A stretch of 63,034 nt of DNA, counting the filler, from Gonapodya sp. JEL0774 (Eukaryota): the NCBI GenBank assembly GCA_027604505.1. It is 18 parts of 18 records of this genome, joined end to end, with 100 filler letters (N's around TTAATTAATTAA, not from the genome) between each part and the next. Parts side by side here need not be neighbours in the genome. Positions count along the whole stretch, not along the records: positions 45,649 to 49,050 come from JADIIX010001313.1; positions 49,151 to 52,549 come from JADIIX010001314.1; positions 52,650 to 56,046 come from JADIIX010001315.1; positions 56,147 to 59,541 come from JADIIX010001316.1; positions 59,642 to 63,034 come from JADIIX010001317.1; 13 more parts are not named here. The stretch is one strand, 5' to 3'. This document shows, piece after piece, positions 46,703 to 60,450 of the stretch (the first letter of the stretch is position 1; each line of letters begins with the position of its first letter). The notes below the pieces were generated by a model. That model was given only the letters and a program-made list of their open reading frames with translations. It made no database searches and had not been told where the DNA came from. Made by a program: the position numbers and the translations under genes.

Positions 46703-47865
46703 ATGGAAAGTCTTCCCTTCGAGCATCTTCACCGCGTTTTCCGTCTTCTGGCCCCGAAAACATTCTATTGTCTGCTCCCTGTCGTCTCACGTCGGGTTCG
46801 AGCTGCAACGGAAGGCGCGCTTCCTGGAACTTCTTCGGACGAAGTTGGGGTCGATGTTGGCATCAAAGTCCTGTCAAACGACAGCTCATTATCTCCTGGA
46901 GTCACCTTTGAATTCTCCCCTCACTCCTTTCGAGCGTTTACGATTGAGAATAGTAGAGTTTGGACAGCTGTTTCCGCTTCGGTTGTGCTCTCCATGGACG
47001 GCATCGCTCGAATGAATGTGGATCATGTATCCAAACATGTCTGGGAGATTGTCTTGAGCGTGGTGTTGGGCCGCCCCTCGCATCAGTCACTTCGGCATCG
47101 ATTGTGCATGAAGTTGATGGCTGTTAGAAATACGACTTTCGTGATCGCACTATCGCCTGAGACCAGTCGATCGGCACATCAGGTGTTTTATCATACTATT
47201 GCACTGATTGGGGACTTCGTTCGACAGAATTGCGTGGGAGGACTCTCTTTGGAGATGGCCGACCTGAAATTGCCAGTAAACACCGTTCTCCGCAGCCTAT
47301 CAGAGTCGCATAGGCAACTCGTGACATCAATCCAACTTCCATATGTAAACATTTACAAGGATGAATGGCTGACAATTCTTCAGTCACCTTCAGTCTTGCC
47401 CAACCTCCGTGATTATCCTTCGAAGACCTCGTTGAGGTTCTGAGAAATAGCGAAGGAGCAAGGGCTCACTCTACCGCTCGTTTCCAAATACTTGAGCTGA
47501 AGATTTCCTCATATGACGTTGGAAACACACCAAGCAATTTGGTCATCGGCACTCCACGGCGCATGTTTCGACTGATGCCCAATCTTAAGCGAGTCGCCAT
47601 TGCCCTCGAATCCACATGGCCTTCTCGGTCCGCCATAATTATACTTTCGGCGTTTGTTCGAGCCGTTGATCTAGAAGTGCCACCTGACTGCACTGTGGAG
47701 ATTAGCAAGATCTACATTAGTCAACAAACCCAACAAGCAAGCATTTCCAACTTTGCTGACAGGTGGAGGGAGAGAATGCCTCCTCATTTGAAGGAGTGGG
47801 ATGGATCCTTTGACATAACTATCAAGGGCGGTAACATAATGCAGACGACTGGGCCGTCTAATTGA
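46703..47865 (+). pseudogene. F-box-like family protein with a 1-bp frameshift near 47412
   Basis: MESLPFEHLHRVFRLL...LPNLR, then the -1 frame continues LSFEDLVEVLRN...MFRLMPNLKRV to the stop at 47865. No obvious intron at the shift. Confidence 0.65.
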
Positions 47866-48226
47866 CTTGGATCCAGTAATGAGGTGCGAGAGCCTCATCA
47901 ATCATCCGTCCGTGAGAATTGTAAGCTCTCACTGGTGAGCAAAAACGTGGGGACAATGGTGTACCCGAGAGCTTATCCAAATATACTTTCCAAGAGTTCA
48001 TGGTGTACGGGGAATATTGGAAGGTTGGATATTACTTCTTAGACACCCGATACATGCAGCAATACAACGACTCAATGACACTTGTGTCTATTTGCTCGAC
48101 ATTACATAAGTATGGCACATCCGCACGGAAGGGGGTATAGGATATTATTTACATAACCCTTGTAGCTAGTAATTAACTGCACGTTACTGGACTTGTGGAA
48201 GCGCGTACTTCCGAACTTCGACCGTC

Positions 48227-49035
48227 TCACTTCTTCACGACCTGTATAACATCCTCATTTTCCATAACGTGTTTCAACCCGACCTTTTGCGGGTTGTGCT
48301 TTGTGGAGCGACCCCTGAAAGGTAATGGTGTAAGCAGGTTCGACAAAGCGTTCCCAACGGAACTGACCCCTCTGCCCCCCTCACTCTACTCACCACACCA
48401 ACGCGTACTTAAACTCTGCCGCCAGAGTTCTATGAATTCTATGACACACATCTTCCACCGTAGCGCCTCTTCGCATGATCACCCCTCCCTCAAAGTCTGG
48501 CAGCTCTCCGCGCCTCTTAGTGTATATGGTGAGCAAGTCCAAGCCCCGCCAGATGCTGTCAACGAGGTAGTCGAGATTTAGATCGGTGAGGGTGGAGCAG
48601 ACGACAGAGTTGGGGAGGTGCGCGAGACGGTCGACTTTCGTGTGAGGAAAATGGGGATAAAGGACATGAGCAATTGTAAGAAGAGGAGGCCCATGCCGCG
48701 AATTGTCGTGACAAGATTTGAAATCATGGAAATAGAGCTGATCATGACACCCCTGACCTCGAGGTTTCTCTGCTCGGGTTTGGCACTACTCGCTTACCTT
48801 CCTCGATGGACACTGCGTCCACCTTGTTGTACACGTACAAACACTTCATGTACTTGCGGTTCCCTAACACCACATCGATAAACTCGTCGACGCTCGCGTC
48901 CTCACGCACGAGGATTTCGGCGTTGTGGATGCGGTAGTCGCGGAGGATCGAGGACACGAGGCTTTCCGAGAGCTGGGTGAGTTTGCAGGTCGCCGTGAAG
49001 GAGATGCCACCGGCTTTCTTGGGTTTGAAGTAGAC
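48227..49035 (-). CDS. DRG2: Developmentally regulated GTPase 2 (Rbg2), 3' part
   Basis: YFKPKKAGGISF, ILRDYRIHNAE, DEFIDVVLGNRKYMKCLYVYNKVD; TGS domain IYTKRRGELPDF...VCHRIH...YALVWGRSTKHNPQKVG. Confidence 0.93.
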
Positions 49036-49150
49036 TAGGACAGAACGTGANNNNNNNNNNNNNNNNNNNNNNNNNNNNNNNNNNNNNNNNNNNNTTAATT
49101 AATTAANNNNNNNNNNNNNNNNNNNNNNNNNNNNNNNNNNNNNNNNNNNN

Positions 49151-50341
49151 AAGGAGTTGGGCTCCTACATCAAGAAGGTTTGTCTTTGGGGTAGGAGATA
49201 GTTTGAATCTCAATGATTGGAATTGACGCGTCGGCTGTTATGTACCCCTTTTTTCCCTCTGTGGTAAACAGGTCGGCTACAACCCCGCCGCTGTTGCCTT
49301 CGTCCCCATTTCCGGCTGGCACGGAGACAACATGATTGAGCCCTCGAGCAACATGCCCTGGTTCAAGGGCTGGAACAAGGAGACGAAGGCTGGAAAGTTC
49401 TCTGGAAAGACTCTCCTCGAGGCCATCGACTCGATTGAGCCCCCGCAGCGACCTACCGACAAGCCGCTCCGTCTTCCTCTCCAGGACGTCTACAAGATCG
49501 GCGGTATCGGAACAGTGCCCGTCGGCCGTGTCGAAACTGGTGTCCTCAAGCCTGGTCAGTTGTCTCATTTGATTTCACATGGTCATTGCTTTGTTAGGAT
49601 CCTTATAATAACCGTTCTTTACTGTGCACTTTCAGGTATGGTTGTGTCCTTCGCCCCCACCGGTGTTACCACTGAAGTGAAGTCGGTCGAAATGCACCAC
49701 GAATCCCTCCCCGAGGCTCTCCCCGGTGACAACGTCGGTTTCAACGTGAAGAACGTTTCCGTCAAGGACATCCGTCGTGGAAACGTTGCTGGTGACTCCA
49801 AGAACGACCCCCCACGTGAGACCGCCAGCTTCAACGCCCAGGTTATTATCCTCAACCACCCTGGTCAGATTGGTGCTGGTTACGCACCAGTGCTCGACTG
49901 CCACACCGCCCACATTGCTTGCAAGTTTGCCGAGCTCGTGGAGAAGATCGACCGTCGTTCCGGCAAGAAGCTCGAGGACGCTCCCAAGTTCGTCAAGTCT
50001 GGCGATGCTTGCATCGCGAAAATGGTTCCGTCCAAGCCCATGTGTGTTGAGGCTTTCACTGACTACCCTCCCCTTGGCCGTTTCGGTGAGTTTTTTTGGG
50101 GCTGGTCCACAAAACGGCGGATGGACTCATGTCTCGTTCTCTATGACTTTTCTTTTCCTGTAGCCGTCCGTGACATGCGTCAAACCGTCGCTGTCGGTGT
50201 CATCAAGTCCGTTGAGAAGGTCGACAAGGCTGCCGGCAAGACCACCAAGGTGCGTTGCTATTCTCTCCTATTTTTCCTGTCTCCACTTACTGATGTTAAT
50301 TACTTATATAGGCCGCTGGCAAGGCTGCCGGAAAGAAGTGA
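49151..50341 (+). CDS. TEF1: Elongation factor 1-alpha, copy 1, 3' part
   Basis: [77 protein letters not shown]; ends AAGKK*. Confidence 0.98.
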
Positions 50342-52355
50342 AGTTCATCGCAGAATGAGGTGTGAATTGATGGGAGATGTGGTTGTGGGTTGAGTGTGGG
50401 CGCTTTCCTGTCTCGGACATTCTGGAGCAGCCGACTGGAGAGATGTCTGCTTTTGTCTTCGGAGCGTAGCGATCTCACGCTGCGTCTTTGAGACATAATA
50501 TGACTCTGCCGGTCGGGCCCTAGGGAGTCGTATAACTCTCTTTGGTTTTGTTAGTAATAACTCTGACCTGGGATTTCCGGGATTTGTGAATAGATTGCAT
50601 ACACTCCGAAAAATATTTTCACCATTGTTGTTGTGTTCGGATATCTTCACTTTATTTCGATTAGTATATCGGTGTTTTCTTCTTTCACCGAATTCACGTA
50701 AGTCTAGGTTGACTAACGTATTTTGGTTCCATCCTGTGTGCAAGATGGTCGACACCTTTGCGCGGAGAGAAATGCTGAGTGCTTGCATGACACACCACTG
50801 GGCTGAGTGCAATGATAGTATCATCAGATTCTTTTCGTGATATAAATGAGACGAATCTTCTTGCAGAGTTTGTTCGTTGCTTTTCAAGGACGGCGTTCTG
50901 CTGACATATCTTTTGTTGTTGCTGATGTCCCGCACCATATGCCTGAACCCAGTCCCTGTCTGTTCAAGAACTCGCACTTTCTGCGAGTTCCCAAAGCCAG
51001 GATGACAAGACAAGACAGTGCTACGTGTTTCCTGCATATAGGATTTTTTTGTCTATTTGCAGAGCGGTGACATTCTATTTGAACCTTGTCCTCCGCGTGT
51101 ATCGCACTCTCGTCTCAGTGAAGCACCAAGCCAAGCAATTCATCTCCCTCAAGGCATTCGAAGCAGGCCTCACATTGTGCTTCCTAACCACTGTCAGCAT
51201 GCGATCTGTCGGTGATCTACCTTTGCGTGTAAGACAGATTCACAGATGGAGTGCACCCCGCGAGTCCGTTGGGCCTACCAGTTGTGGATACTTGATTATC
51301 GAATCGTTTCTATCTAATCATGCATTGGTTGTACTGCGTAGATCTTTCTGTGATTTTTCGAGAAATAGAAGACTCTTTGTTGGTGGGTTCTGGGTTTTCA
51401 CCATCAATGCATCCCTTGTGGGATTGGGTTGTTTCATGTTCAGCTCGTGCCCTTCGTAAGAGATCTTGAGACAGTCTCTTTGCTTGGTTTGAGCTAGAAT
51501 GAGCATGATGTGCACCTGAGCCCGGATGAACCCGCCGGAGGCCGCGATGAACAACCAGACCGAAACAATTCATCGGTCGTGGTGGTGTTACTGTGCATGA
51601 ACCCACCGCGTGAATTTTTATGCTCGGTGGACAAAGATAACTTGGATAACGAGCGTGTGTGATCAGTCATCACCACAGATTGGCTGTTTCTGTTCATAGT
51701 GCACACATCGTTCTAGTACAATGGATTTGAGGGATAGTGACATCAAATAAACAAATAATCTTCGGTTGCAATAGCTCCAAGGCTTTGGCTGCGCTTCTCG
51801 CAATACATGGAACTGAGTGAGTGGTTGGCGAATCAGGGGCACATGAACGGACGTAGCTTTGTCGCAATCGAATCACAATAATAGAGCATTGAAGTTGAAA
51901 GGAAATCGCTCCTGCGTGCGAATATCGCTGAGCATGCAAATTAAGTGAGCACCTCCGCGGCGACCACAGCATGGTCTGTGCTCAACCTTTTTTTTTGCGT
52001 TGGGTGTTTTGCCCATCCCCAGTTTCTTTTCTCGCTCATCACAGGAAAACCGAACAGGCAAGTATCTGGATGCACGGACAACGACGCAGTAATCCAAGAA
52101 AGACTCGATTTTCCATACGCGATTCCCCTGTGGAAATGGCGGCCATACTGGCCGTTCGAAAACTGTGGAAAACACGAACTGTTGGATGGGAACCCGCATC
52201 GCGACAGAAAGCTGACAAGGAAATTGAAATGAATCCTACGCATATCTCGCTTTTTATCGTTGATATTAGCCCTATGTCATCAGACTCCGAAACGGCGTTT
52301 GTGGTGTTTGTGATTAACAACCTCCTCCCCACCCCATTACCCCATTCAGCACACT

Positions 52356-52549
<194 letters not shown>

Positions 52550-52771
52550 NNNNNNNNNNNNNNNNNNNNNNNNNNNNNNNNNNNNNNNNNNNNTTAATTA
52601 ATTAANNNNNNNNNNNNNNNNNNNNNNNNNNNNNNNNNNNNNNNNNNNNCAGCCCAATTTGCGCAGGGGACCACTTCTCGCCCCCCGGTTCCGACCCAGC
52701 AGGCGCAACCCCGTACGGGCCCCCCCCGAACCCCCCCCCCCCCCCCCCCCCCCCCGGCCGGACCAAACCCA

Positions 52772-54260
52772 CCTTTCCTCCTCGCGACTCTCTCGAACCC
52801 CTCCTCATCCACCGCGTCCAAGCTCAGATTCACCCCGTCCAGACCAGCCCTCTTCCACTCGGCGACCTTGTTCTTGCCTGCCATTCCGTTGGTGGTCATG
52901 CATATTTCCTTCAAGCCGGACCCGCGTCGTCGTATCTGGTCGAGCCCCTCGATGAGTTTTACGAGGTCCGGGCGCAGCGTCGGTTCGCCCCCCGTGAGAC
53001 GTATCTTTGTGACGCCGAGGGACACAAAGTGGGAGGAGAGGAGGAGGAGTTCGGGGGTGGTGAGGAGGTGGGGGGCGGGGGAGAGGGGGGCGCCGTCGGG
53101 GGGCATGCAATAGGTGCCTTGCGGGGTGGGGGTGAGCGGAATGAGGGGGAAGTGGGAGGGTGAGTGGGATGGGGGTGGGGGTGGGAGGAGAGGAGGGGTA
53201 CGAGAGGAGGGTGAGGGGGTGTAGAGTGGGAGCGGGGGTGTAGGGAAGGTGCGTCCAGGCACAACCAGAAACCCCGTCGACCATCACCAGGACTGCACCA
53301 CTCATCTCGGAAAAGGACCATCGGGGAGCAACCCACAAAAACACACAAACACTGTCCGATGGCCACCAACCTGACCACACCACATCACACCACATCACAC
53401 CACCACTCGACCACTCCACCACCAAACCCCGGTACAGGGCCATCGGGGAGCAACCCCATACACAAACACTGTCCGATGGCCACCAACCTGACCACACCAC
53501 ATCACACCACCACTCGACCACTCGACCACTCGAACCACGCCCGGTTCAAACTCACATCTCAGATTACACCTCTCGGTGACGCTGAGTCTCAGATAAGAGT
53601 GCCTTCTGGCGAATCTGTCGACGAGAGGGTGTGGCTGGAAGCGGGAGCTGTCTTGTGGGTAGACGGGATGGAGCGCGTCGATCGGAGGAGGGCCAAAGGG
53701 GTCTGGGAGAGGGATGGAGTTGGAGGAGGGGGAGNNNNNNNNNNTTTTGGGTGGGGGGGGATGGGGTTGGTGTCTTGTGGGTTGAGGGTTGGGCGGGCTT
53801 CGTCGGGTGGTGGGCCAACGGGGTCTTGGCGGGGGTTGGCGTTGGTGGGGGGGGTGGGGTGGGGGGGAGAGGGGGAGGTGGCAGAGGGAGGAGGGAAGAG
53901 GGAGAAGGGGGAGGCTTTGTCGAGAGCGGCGATGCGAGCCTGGTGGGAGTGGGGAGTTTGTGTGGGTGGGAGTGGGCGGGAGTGAGAGTGCGAGTGGGAG
54001 GGGTGATGGAGTGGGGTAATGGAGACGGGGGTGATGGAGACGGCAGAGGAGCGATGGAGGGAAAACCGACTTACCCGTGCGCGCAGTCTGGCTGACTGAG
54101 TGCTGGCAGTGGCAGTGGCACTGGCAGGTGCGTGTTGTGTGATGTTGTGCGAGTCCTGGGGAAGCGAAGAGAGTTTGGGATGCAAGGATGCCGAGTGGGG
54201 TGCGAGCGAGAGCGACGCCGAGGAGACTGAGCGGTGTGTGTGTGGGTGTGGGTGTGGGGT
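52772..54260 (-). CDS. MOCS1: Molybdenum cofactor GTP 3',8-cyclase (radical SAM), partial
   Basis: LVDRFARRHSYLRLSVTERCNLRC|TYCMP (CxxxCxxC split by intron ~53117..53552), KIRLTGGEPTLR, MTTNG, VNLSLD. Start not resolved; 10-N gap at 53735. Confidence 0.93.
53318..53530 (+). repeat. Intronic tandem duplication, period about 122 bp, with an internal inverted repeat
   Basis: ccatcggggagcaacc...acacaaacactgtccgatggccaccaacctgaccacaccacatcacaccac starting at 53318 and 53440. Confidence 0.9.
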
Positions 54261-55393
54261 GATGGGGGACCGGCGGGTGTGTGCGGTCCGTGTCTGTGTG
54301 CTCCATGTCCATTCCCCTGCACCACCACCCCGTGATCCCACACCTCGCACCATCTGCCCCACTCGATGCACGCACTGCATCGCTCCCATCGCCATCAAAA
54401 TCCTCGCGGTGTTTGCTGTCGGTGTCCCCGGTCTGACCCCTTCCCCTTCTTCCTTGGTTACCGTGTCTCAACTCTGCTTCCCGGCCCGCTCTCAGATCCC
54501 TGCTGTTCCCTGCTGCTGATGGCCGCCGGACTCCTTTGATGTTTCTCCTGATCCGACGCTTCTTGGGTTTCCCTTCGTCTTTTTCCTCCTCCGTCTACTG
54601 GGTTTGTGTGGTTTGTGTCGGGTGTGTCTTCCCCCTGCCATCTCCACTGCCCCTCCCCCCCTCCCCCGTGCCACGATCACTTGATCATGTCCTGTTCCCC
54701 CTTCCTCCCTTCCTATTCCAATCATTCAAACATCCCGCCATCAATTGAATTTTCTCTCCTGCGCTCTTCCCCTTTTCATCTTACTCCTCTGATGATTGTA
54801 TCATATTGTGGTATCAGAACTCCGTCTGGACTTACGGCCACACTGCACTCCACGCTCCACGCTCCATGCTCCATGCTTCGACAGACTCGAGAAAGTGGAG
54901 TTGTGGCATGGAGTGTGAATAGGATTGTATATACGTACGTCGTCGCGGTTCACAAGGAACTACATACACTCCCAGGGGCAACATCTTTGTTTACGACAAG
55001 AACAGAAAAGTTTACATGAGGGTGGAAGGAAGACCTCACCCCCCTGTCTGTCACCAACAAACACATGGACAGTACACAGTCTTAGTCTCCAGAAATCCGT
55101 CATGTCAGCTCTATTCACAAAAGAAACCACACTCCTTGGGAAGTGCGGTCAATACTTTTTTACAACAAAAAAAGAAGGGGGGCTTTCCATAGCAAGAAAA
55201 GCGACTCTATATGTTACTTATTAAACACAACAAACTCCCCCTCCCCTTCCGACTCCCGACGGCCGGTTCCAGTTCCCATCCGCGTTGGATCAAACGACGT
55301 TCTCGCTAAGCGCGATGGCTGCGAGAGAGAGAGAGAGAGAGAGCGCCAACAGAATTGCAAATAGCAAAAAAGAAACCAGAAACAGTGAGCCAG

Positions 55394-56046
55394 TCATCCC
55401 ACACAACGTCCCCCGGCCCCCACACACAACTCACTCTCCCCCTCCCCCTTCTTCCCCGCACCCCCGACCTTCTTCTCCACCCCGAAGATCTCGTCCATCT
55501 GCTCCAACGAGTGGCCCCGCGTCTCAGGAACGAAGAGGTACACGTACGCGGCCATGACCAGCCCGGTGCAGCCGAAGACGATGTACTGGTACGCGCCAAG
55601 GTTCTGGGCGTAGGCTGAGAGAAAGAAGAGTGGTGAATTGGAGTTTTTTTGGTGAGCGACCGGCGACACCAACGGCCAACGACGGCCCGTTTTCACTGGT
55701 TTACTCACGCCAAACTTTGCCGAGGATCAGGTTGTTGATCCAGTTGGACATGGTGGCGAGACCGGCACCCTTGCCGCGGATGCGGAGCGGGAAGATCTCA
55801 GACTGGTACACCCACACAACAGGGCCCCAGGTGGACGAGACTGGAGGGACACGAGAGAGACCACGGCGGGCGATCAGACCCGAACCGAACCGGCTATGAG
55901 ATCGCGTCAAAGTACATCGCGAAAGAAAACTCACAGTTGATGACATAGAGGTACATGAAGATGGCGCCGATGATACCAAAGGTCTTCCCCGACGACGACG
56001 AGGGGTCCGCGATCAGGGTCCCCGGGTTCAAGGGGTCGTCGATCTG
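55394..56046 (-). CDS. Sugar porter family MFS transporter, 3' part
   Basis: TWGPVVWVYQSEIFPLRIRGKG, SNWINN, YLFVPETRGHSLEQMDEIFG; exact 3' end uncertain. Confidence 0.92.
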
Positions 56047-56146
56047 NNNNNNNNNNNNNNNNNNNNNNNNNNNNNNNNNNNNNNNNNNNNTTAATTAATT
56101 AANNNNNNNNNNNNNNNNNNNNNNNNNNNNNNNNNNNNNNNNNNNN

Positions 56147-56525
56147 ACTGATTCGAACTCTTTTGAAGGCGAGTTGACACCACTCCTGCATTACTATGTG
56201 AGATATTTCGGGACAGATAAAGAATCGAGAGAAACGCAGGCACGGTTTCTCGCGCTCATGGAAAAGCTCAAGACTACGGCTTGGGAGATTTTCGTGCCGT
56301 TCGAGGATTTGGAGACAGCAGAGCAGCTAAAAGAAAGAAGTAAGTGTTTTTTTGACCCGTGCAAAGAAATTTACTTTCAAAACTAACCTGTCCGTTTCTT
56401 GCGCCATACATGAAGTTGCAAAGGGGATGGACCCAGTGACTGGCCGACCGCTTGTGGGCCCGCCGACCAAACTCATTCCAGCACCAGCACTGGGCACGTG
56501 GGAAGGATTGTCCGTGTTACAGTAG
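56147..56525 (+). CDS. Hypothetical protein, 3' end
   Basis: ...WEIFVPFEDLETAEQLKER, GTAAGT..AAG intron with a CTAAC branch site, then AKGMDPVTGRPLVG...LQ*. Confidence 0.55.
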
Positions 56526-56649
56526 AATTATGTCAGAAAATTGGCGAAGATAGTTTTGCGTGGGACATGCATCGTGCCTGTTCCTGCAGGATGCCACCAA
56601 AGCTTGTACGTGGCAAGTGACCACACGCCGACGTCACATCCATCCAGCC

Positions 56650-57094
56650 ATGTCGCACGACGCAGTGTGGAACTCCCGACCTAAGAAGTACGGAAAGGGC
56701 TCAAGGCAGTGGTGGGTTGCTGCGCAGATGCTGGGGACGGCGGGAAATTGTTGGGGGAACGGTGGGAGTGGATGGAATGAACTGATCGGAACAACACTCC
56801 GGTGTTTCGTCTCCAAACTCCTCCTTCTCTGTCCGCATGCCGCTCAAATTTGGTGCATTCCTCTTGAAATTCTTCCCTATGTAATGCAGCCGCGTCTGTG
56901 CCCACCAGGCGGGTCTCATCCGCAAATACGGCCTCATGACCTGCCGTCAATGCTTCAGGGAAAAGGCAAAGGACATTGGGTTCATCAAGGTGAGTTCGCT
57001 CCGATTTCTCGTCGTTGCGAACCAGCAGAGCTCATACGCCCGTTGTGAAATGTTGGTACCCATCACTATCGAAACGAACTTGTAGTACCGCTAA
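56650..57094 (+). CDS. RPS29: 40S ribosomal protein S29 (uS14)
   Basis: [56 protein letters not shown]. Confidence 0.97.
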
Positions 57095-58666
57095 TCGTAG
57101 AACAAATCAGATGGAGTGGAGCAGTGACTAGTGGGATGGGACAGATTTGAGCTTATGTCGAGGGGACGCTGGAGGAGATTGGTCTGCACCGGATATGTCA
57201 GAGCATTGTAGACGGACTGCCGTCAAGAGGAACAACGACTTGCACTTATTTTCTACTCCGTGTTCAATTGCCCTGCCGAATGCTATATGTCTTCACTGCG
57301 TCTAGGACGTTCTATGTGGAATGATCTCGTGCATCTCAACTCTTTGCGAAGGTCAGTCATGGATGACGTTGGCCCCATGCTCAACGAAAGCTACTGAAAA
57401 GATTCGAAACTGTCCTTGCACTTATGGTTAACTCACTCACGTCGGGTAGCCATTTTTGGAGCGTGCCTAATTGTCTGTTCGCCCCTCGACACGCCATCGA
57501 TGTCCCGTCCCTCAGCTGTATCGGTCCACGAAATCGGTCCCTCTTTCTCACGTTGACTCTGACCTTCTCCTATTTCTCTTTGGAGTCCCTATTGCCTCCA
57601 CGTGACGTTGTTCTGCGGTGCAAGATCCGAACCATGTCGGCCTGGACTCTTACGCGATGCTTCATAGTGCCAGGGAACACTGATCAATTGCATAGAGTCA
57701 CGTCTGCCCCACCAAGATAGTGCACCCTGTCATATACAATTTTAAGTCCAGACAGGCATGAAGTAATGATTACAGCAGTGACATGGCATTTATTATATCT
57801 GTAGTACTAATAGGTACATGAAAACATGAAGTTTATTCATGTCTCCAGAGATCATTATGAGTAACTTGCAGGGAATACGACTTGTTTCATCGAATCCGAA
57901 TCTTCCACATATTGAATTTTCCCTTCGAACTTGGATCCGATAACAATGCTTATCCGCTCCCAGCTACTCGCACGGTGCCCTGTCATCTTCATGGCGAACA
58001 GCTCCTCAGGCTCCGCCCGGTCATGGTCGTTCGTTCTCGATCTTCTGTTGAGTGGGCACTCCACAGAAAGATATTCACCCGCCGACAATGACGAACCGTC
58101 CAGGCTGTGGTGGAAGCAATCAACCTCTAGGGCAAGAGGAATGGAGCAGGACAGGGGATGCGGTGTGCGAAACACGTTTTCGGAAATTGAAACCCGATGT
58201 GTGATTGCTGACGTCATCTTGTTTACACATGTACTCGGCGCGTTCGGACAGGAAATAGCCGAGGACTCCGAGAAGATCAACTTAATAGTTAATTCAAGCG
58301 AGAGAATGGAGGAAATCGATGGAGGGGTCGAGTTTGACTCGAGTCTTTTTGAGGAAAGAACTGGAAGCTTCCGACGGCCCAAGAGGGAAGGGAGGGAGGG
58401 AGATGATTCACCGGGAAGGGGGTACGGGGGATAAATTCTAATGAACTCGACAAGGAAACAATTACCAGAGTACCGATTTGATGTGCGATGCCATGATTGT
58501 GTGTCAAGGCGGGCAGATCGGCGATCACAAAATTTGCCCAATACTCGGACTCCAGGTATTCACTATCAATGAATCACAAGATCGCATTACATACTTTGCA
58601 ATCAAAGGATCTCATAGTACTTCAGAAGCCGTATTGCCAATTGTCAGAATATGATCCTGCAGAACT

Positions 58667-59541
58667 CTATACACGCTCCTCCTTGAGTCCATCTTTGAAG
58701 AAGAGCATGAACGGTGTGATCTGTCGATGAATTTCAACGAGTTGATCGAAGGTATGGAGACGTGATATCAATGAGCGAGAGACAGAAGAGTGGGGCCCAA
58801 TTTTACGAATACCCACCCCGTCTTCTCTGAAGTTCAGCAGAATGACCATGGCTTCGGGGTTCATGGACTCGCCGGTGTAGAAGTCGTAGTCCTGATGTAA
58901 GAGATGGGATGGATGGCGGTGAATGTGTTTATGTTATCTAACATGTCGGAAACGGTAACCAATCGACGCTGCCAAAACGGAATAATGCACCATCGTCCGC
59001 TAGTTAAGAGTGCTTCCATTTCGAACCTTTGCTAGTACTTCGCTCACGACGTTCTCTGACTTTCCTGCAAGCCTCCAGCCGCCTCCAGAACTCACCTTGA
59101 AGCCTCCCACGATTTTGGTAATGTGCTTCTTGGCTTTCTCCTCAAATGAAGCCACACGGTCCGGGTTGGTCTTTTGCAGATGCTCCTTTACGGCCTTCAT
59201 CTGTTTTGACGAATCGGGCGAACAGCGTTATGAGAAAGGGAATTTGCGAACGCGCACTCAATCCAACCAATGACTCACGTAGCCCTTGATGTACGCCATG
59301 TAGCCCTTCTTGTCGAAGGAGGTTGATTGAAGACGCATTCCATAGACGACTTTCAGGTTTGGTTGTGGGTTGAAAGCCATGTGTGGATGTCGTGCCACAT
59401 TGAGACAACATTTACAACACAAGATCGTTTTCCGACCGTGCTATCAAACTCACTGTTGTTAACTGTCTGGACGTCAGAACCTGCAGGGCCATCGTCCTCA
59501 CCACCCTCGGCCGACGCGTTGGCTCCTATGTTGACCTCGAC
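58667..59541 (-). CDS. TMA19: Translationally controlled tumor protein (Tma19), 5' truncated
   Basis: VNIGANASAEG, RLQSTSFDKKGYMAYIKG|YMKAVKEHL, DYDFYTGESMNPEAMV...REDG|ITPFMLFFKDGLKEERV*. Confidence 0.96.
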
Positions 59542-60122
59542 NNNNNNNNNNNNNNNNNNNNNNNNNNNNNNNNNNNNNNNNNNNNTTAATTAATTAANNN
59601 NNNNNNNNNNNNNNNNNNNNNNNNNNNNNNNNNNNNNNNNNGCGACTATATGTTCCAGTTCAAATCTTTGACGAAATTTGGCTTCAAGTACTACTTGGTC
59701 ACCGGAGCGTGAGTTGCACGTGGCGCAAGTGATGATTTCGTATCTATTAGATCACAATTCTCCTTGCAGGCCACTCTATGACTTCCTGGGAGACACAATA
59801 CATTTAAAACAAAGACTTAAAGAAGACGGCGCGCGGTCGACGGTTGTTGTAGTGATTGCAGGTGTGGATCTAAATTCTTTGCCCTCCTCCCGGAGATTGT
59901 GTGGGTACCGCAGTATTCATCGAAACTCTTCTGCAATTGTCCCCCTCCCATAAAGCGGTGGCCCTAGTAGTAGGCCTAAGTCTTGCTGCTGTGATCTTCG
60001 TGTGGGTCTTCATTACGAGGCCTCTCCAAGCGTGGGTTCCTTGCAAGTGTGCTGTTGCCAGCGTCGCCTCTCCGGGATTTTCAAATCCACTCGCCCCCCA
60101 CCCGTCTCAGGATTCTTGCATC

Positions 60123-60450
60123 CATGAAGAAAGCAGCCAAATTCGATTTCTCTGACATACGAGGTGGCAGTCTCGAAGGTCGGCGTTCCATTGTCTCGGA
60201 GATTCTACGCACCCAAGACAATTTCATGGAAATGCTTCAAGTTTTCGCGAGTGCTCTTAAACGTACGTTTTGTGACCTTGAAGACACGAGCGCTGGTGCT
60301 TGCTCTCTTGACCGTTTTGTGTATGAACTTTTCAGAGAACAAGTTGCTCATCAAGAACACAACCACGTCTATCGAATCGTCACGTCGTATATCAAAAGTG
60401 TAATGCGTGGTTACCCTTGCGTGAGTGATGTGAAATTCTACTTGTTTTGA
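60123..60450 (+). CDS. Possible coding fragment, unknown family
   Basis: Helical, globular-looking 108-aa segment (MKKAAKFDFSD...) in an otherwise unassignable contig; may be an exon or a pseudogene piece. Confidence 0.25.

Noticed and set aside
50345..52330. ORFs in the EF-1alpha spacer
   Set aside because: No motif or coding-like bias; treated as UTR, promoter and unassigned sequence.
57855..58541. C-terminal extension of TCTP, or an assigned gene
   Set aside because: TCTP ends normally at 58667 after an intron. The overlapping ORFs on both strands here match no family I can support.
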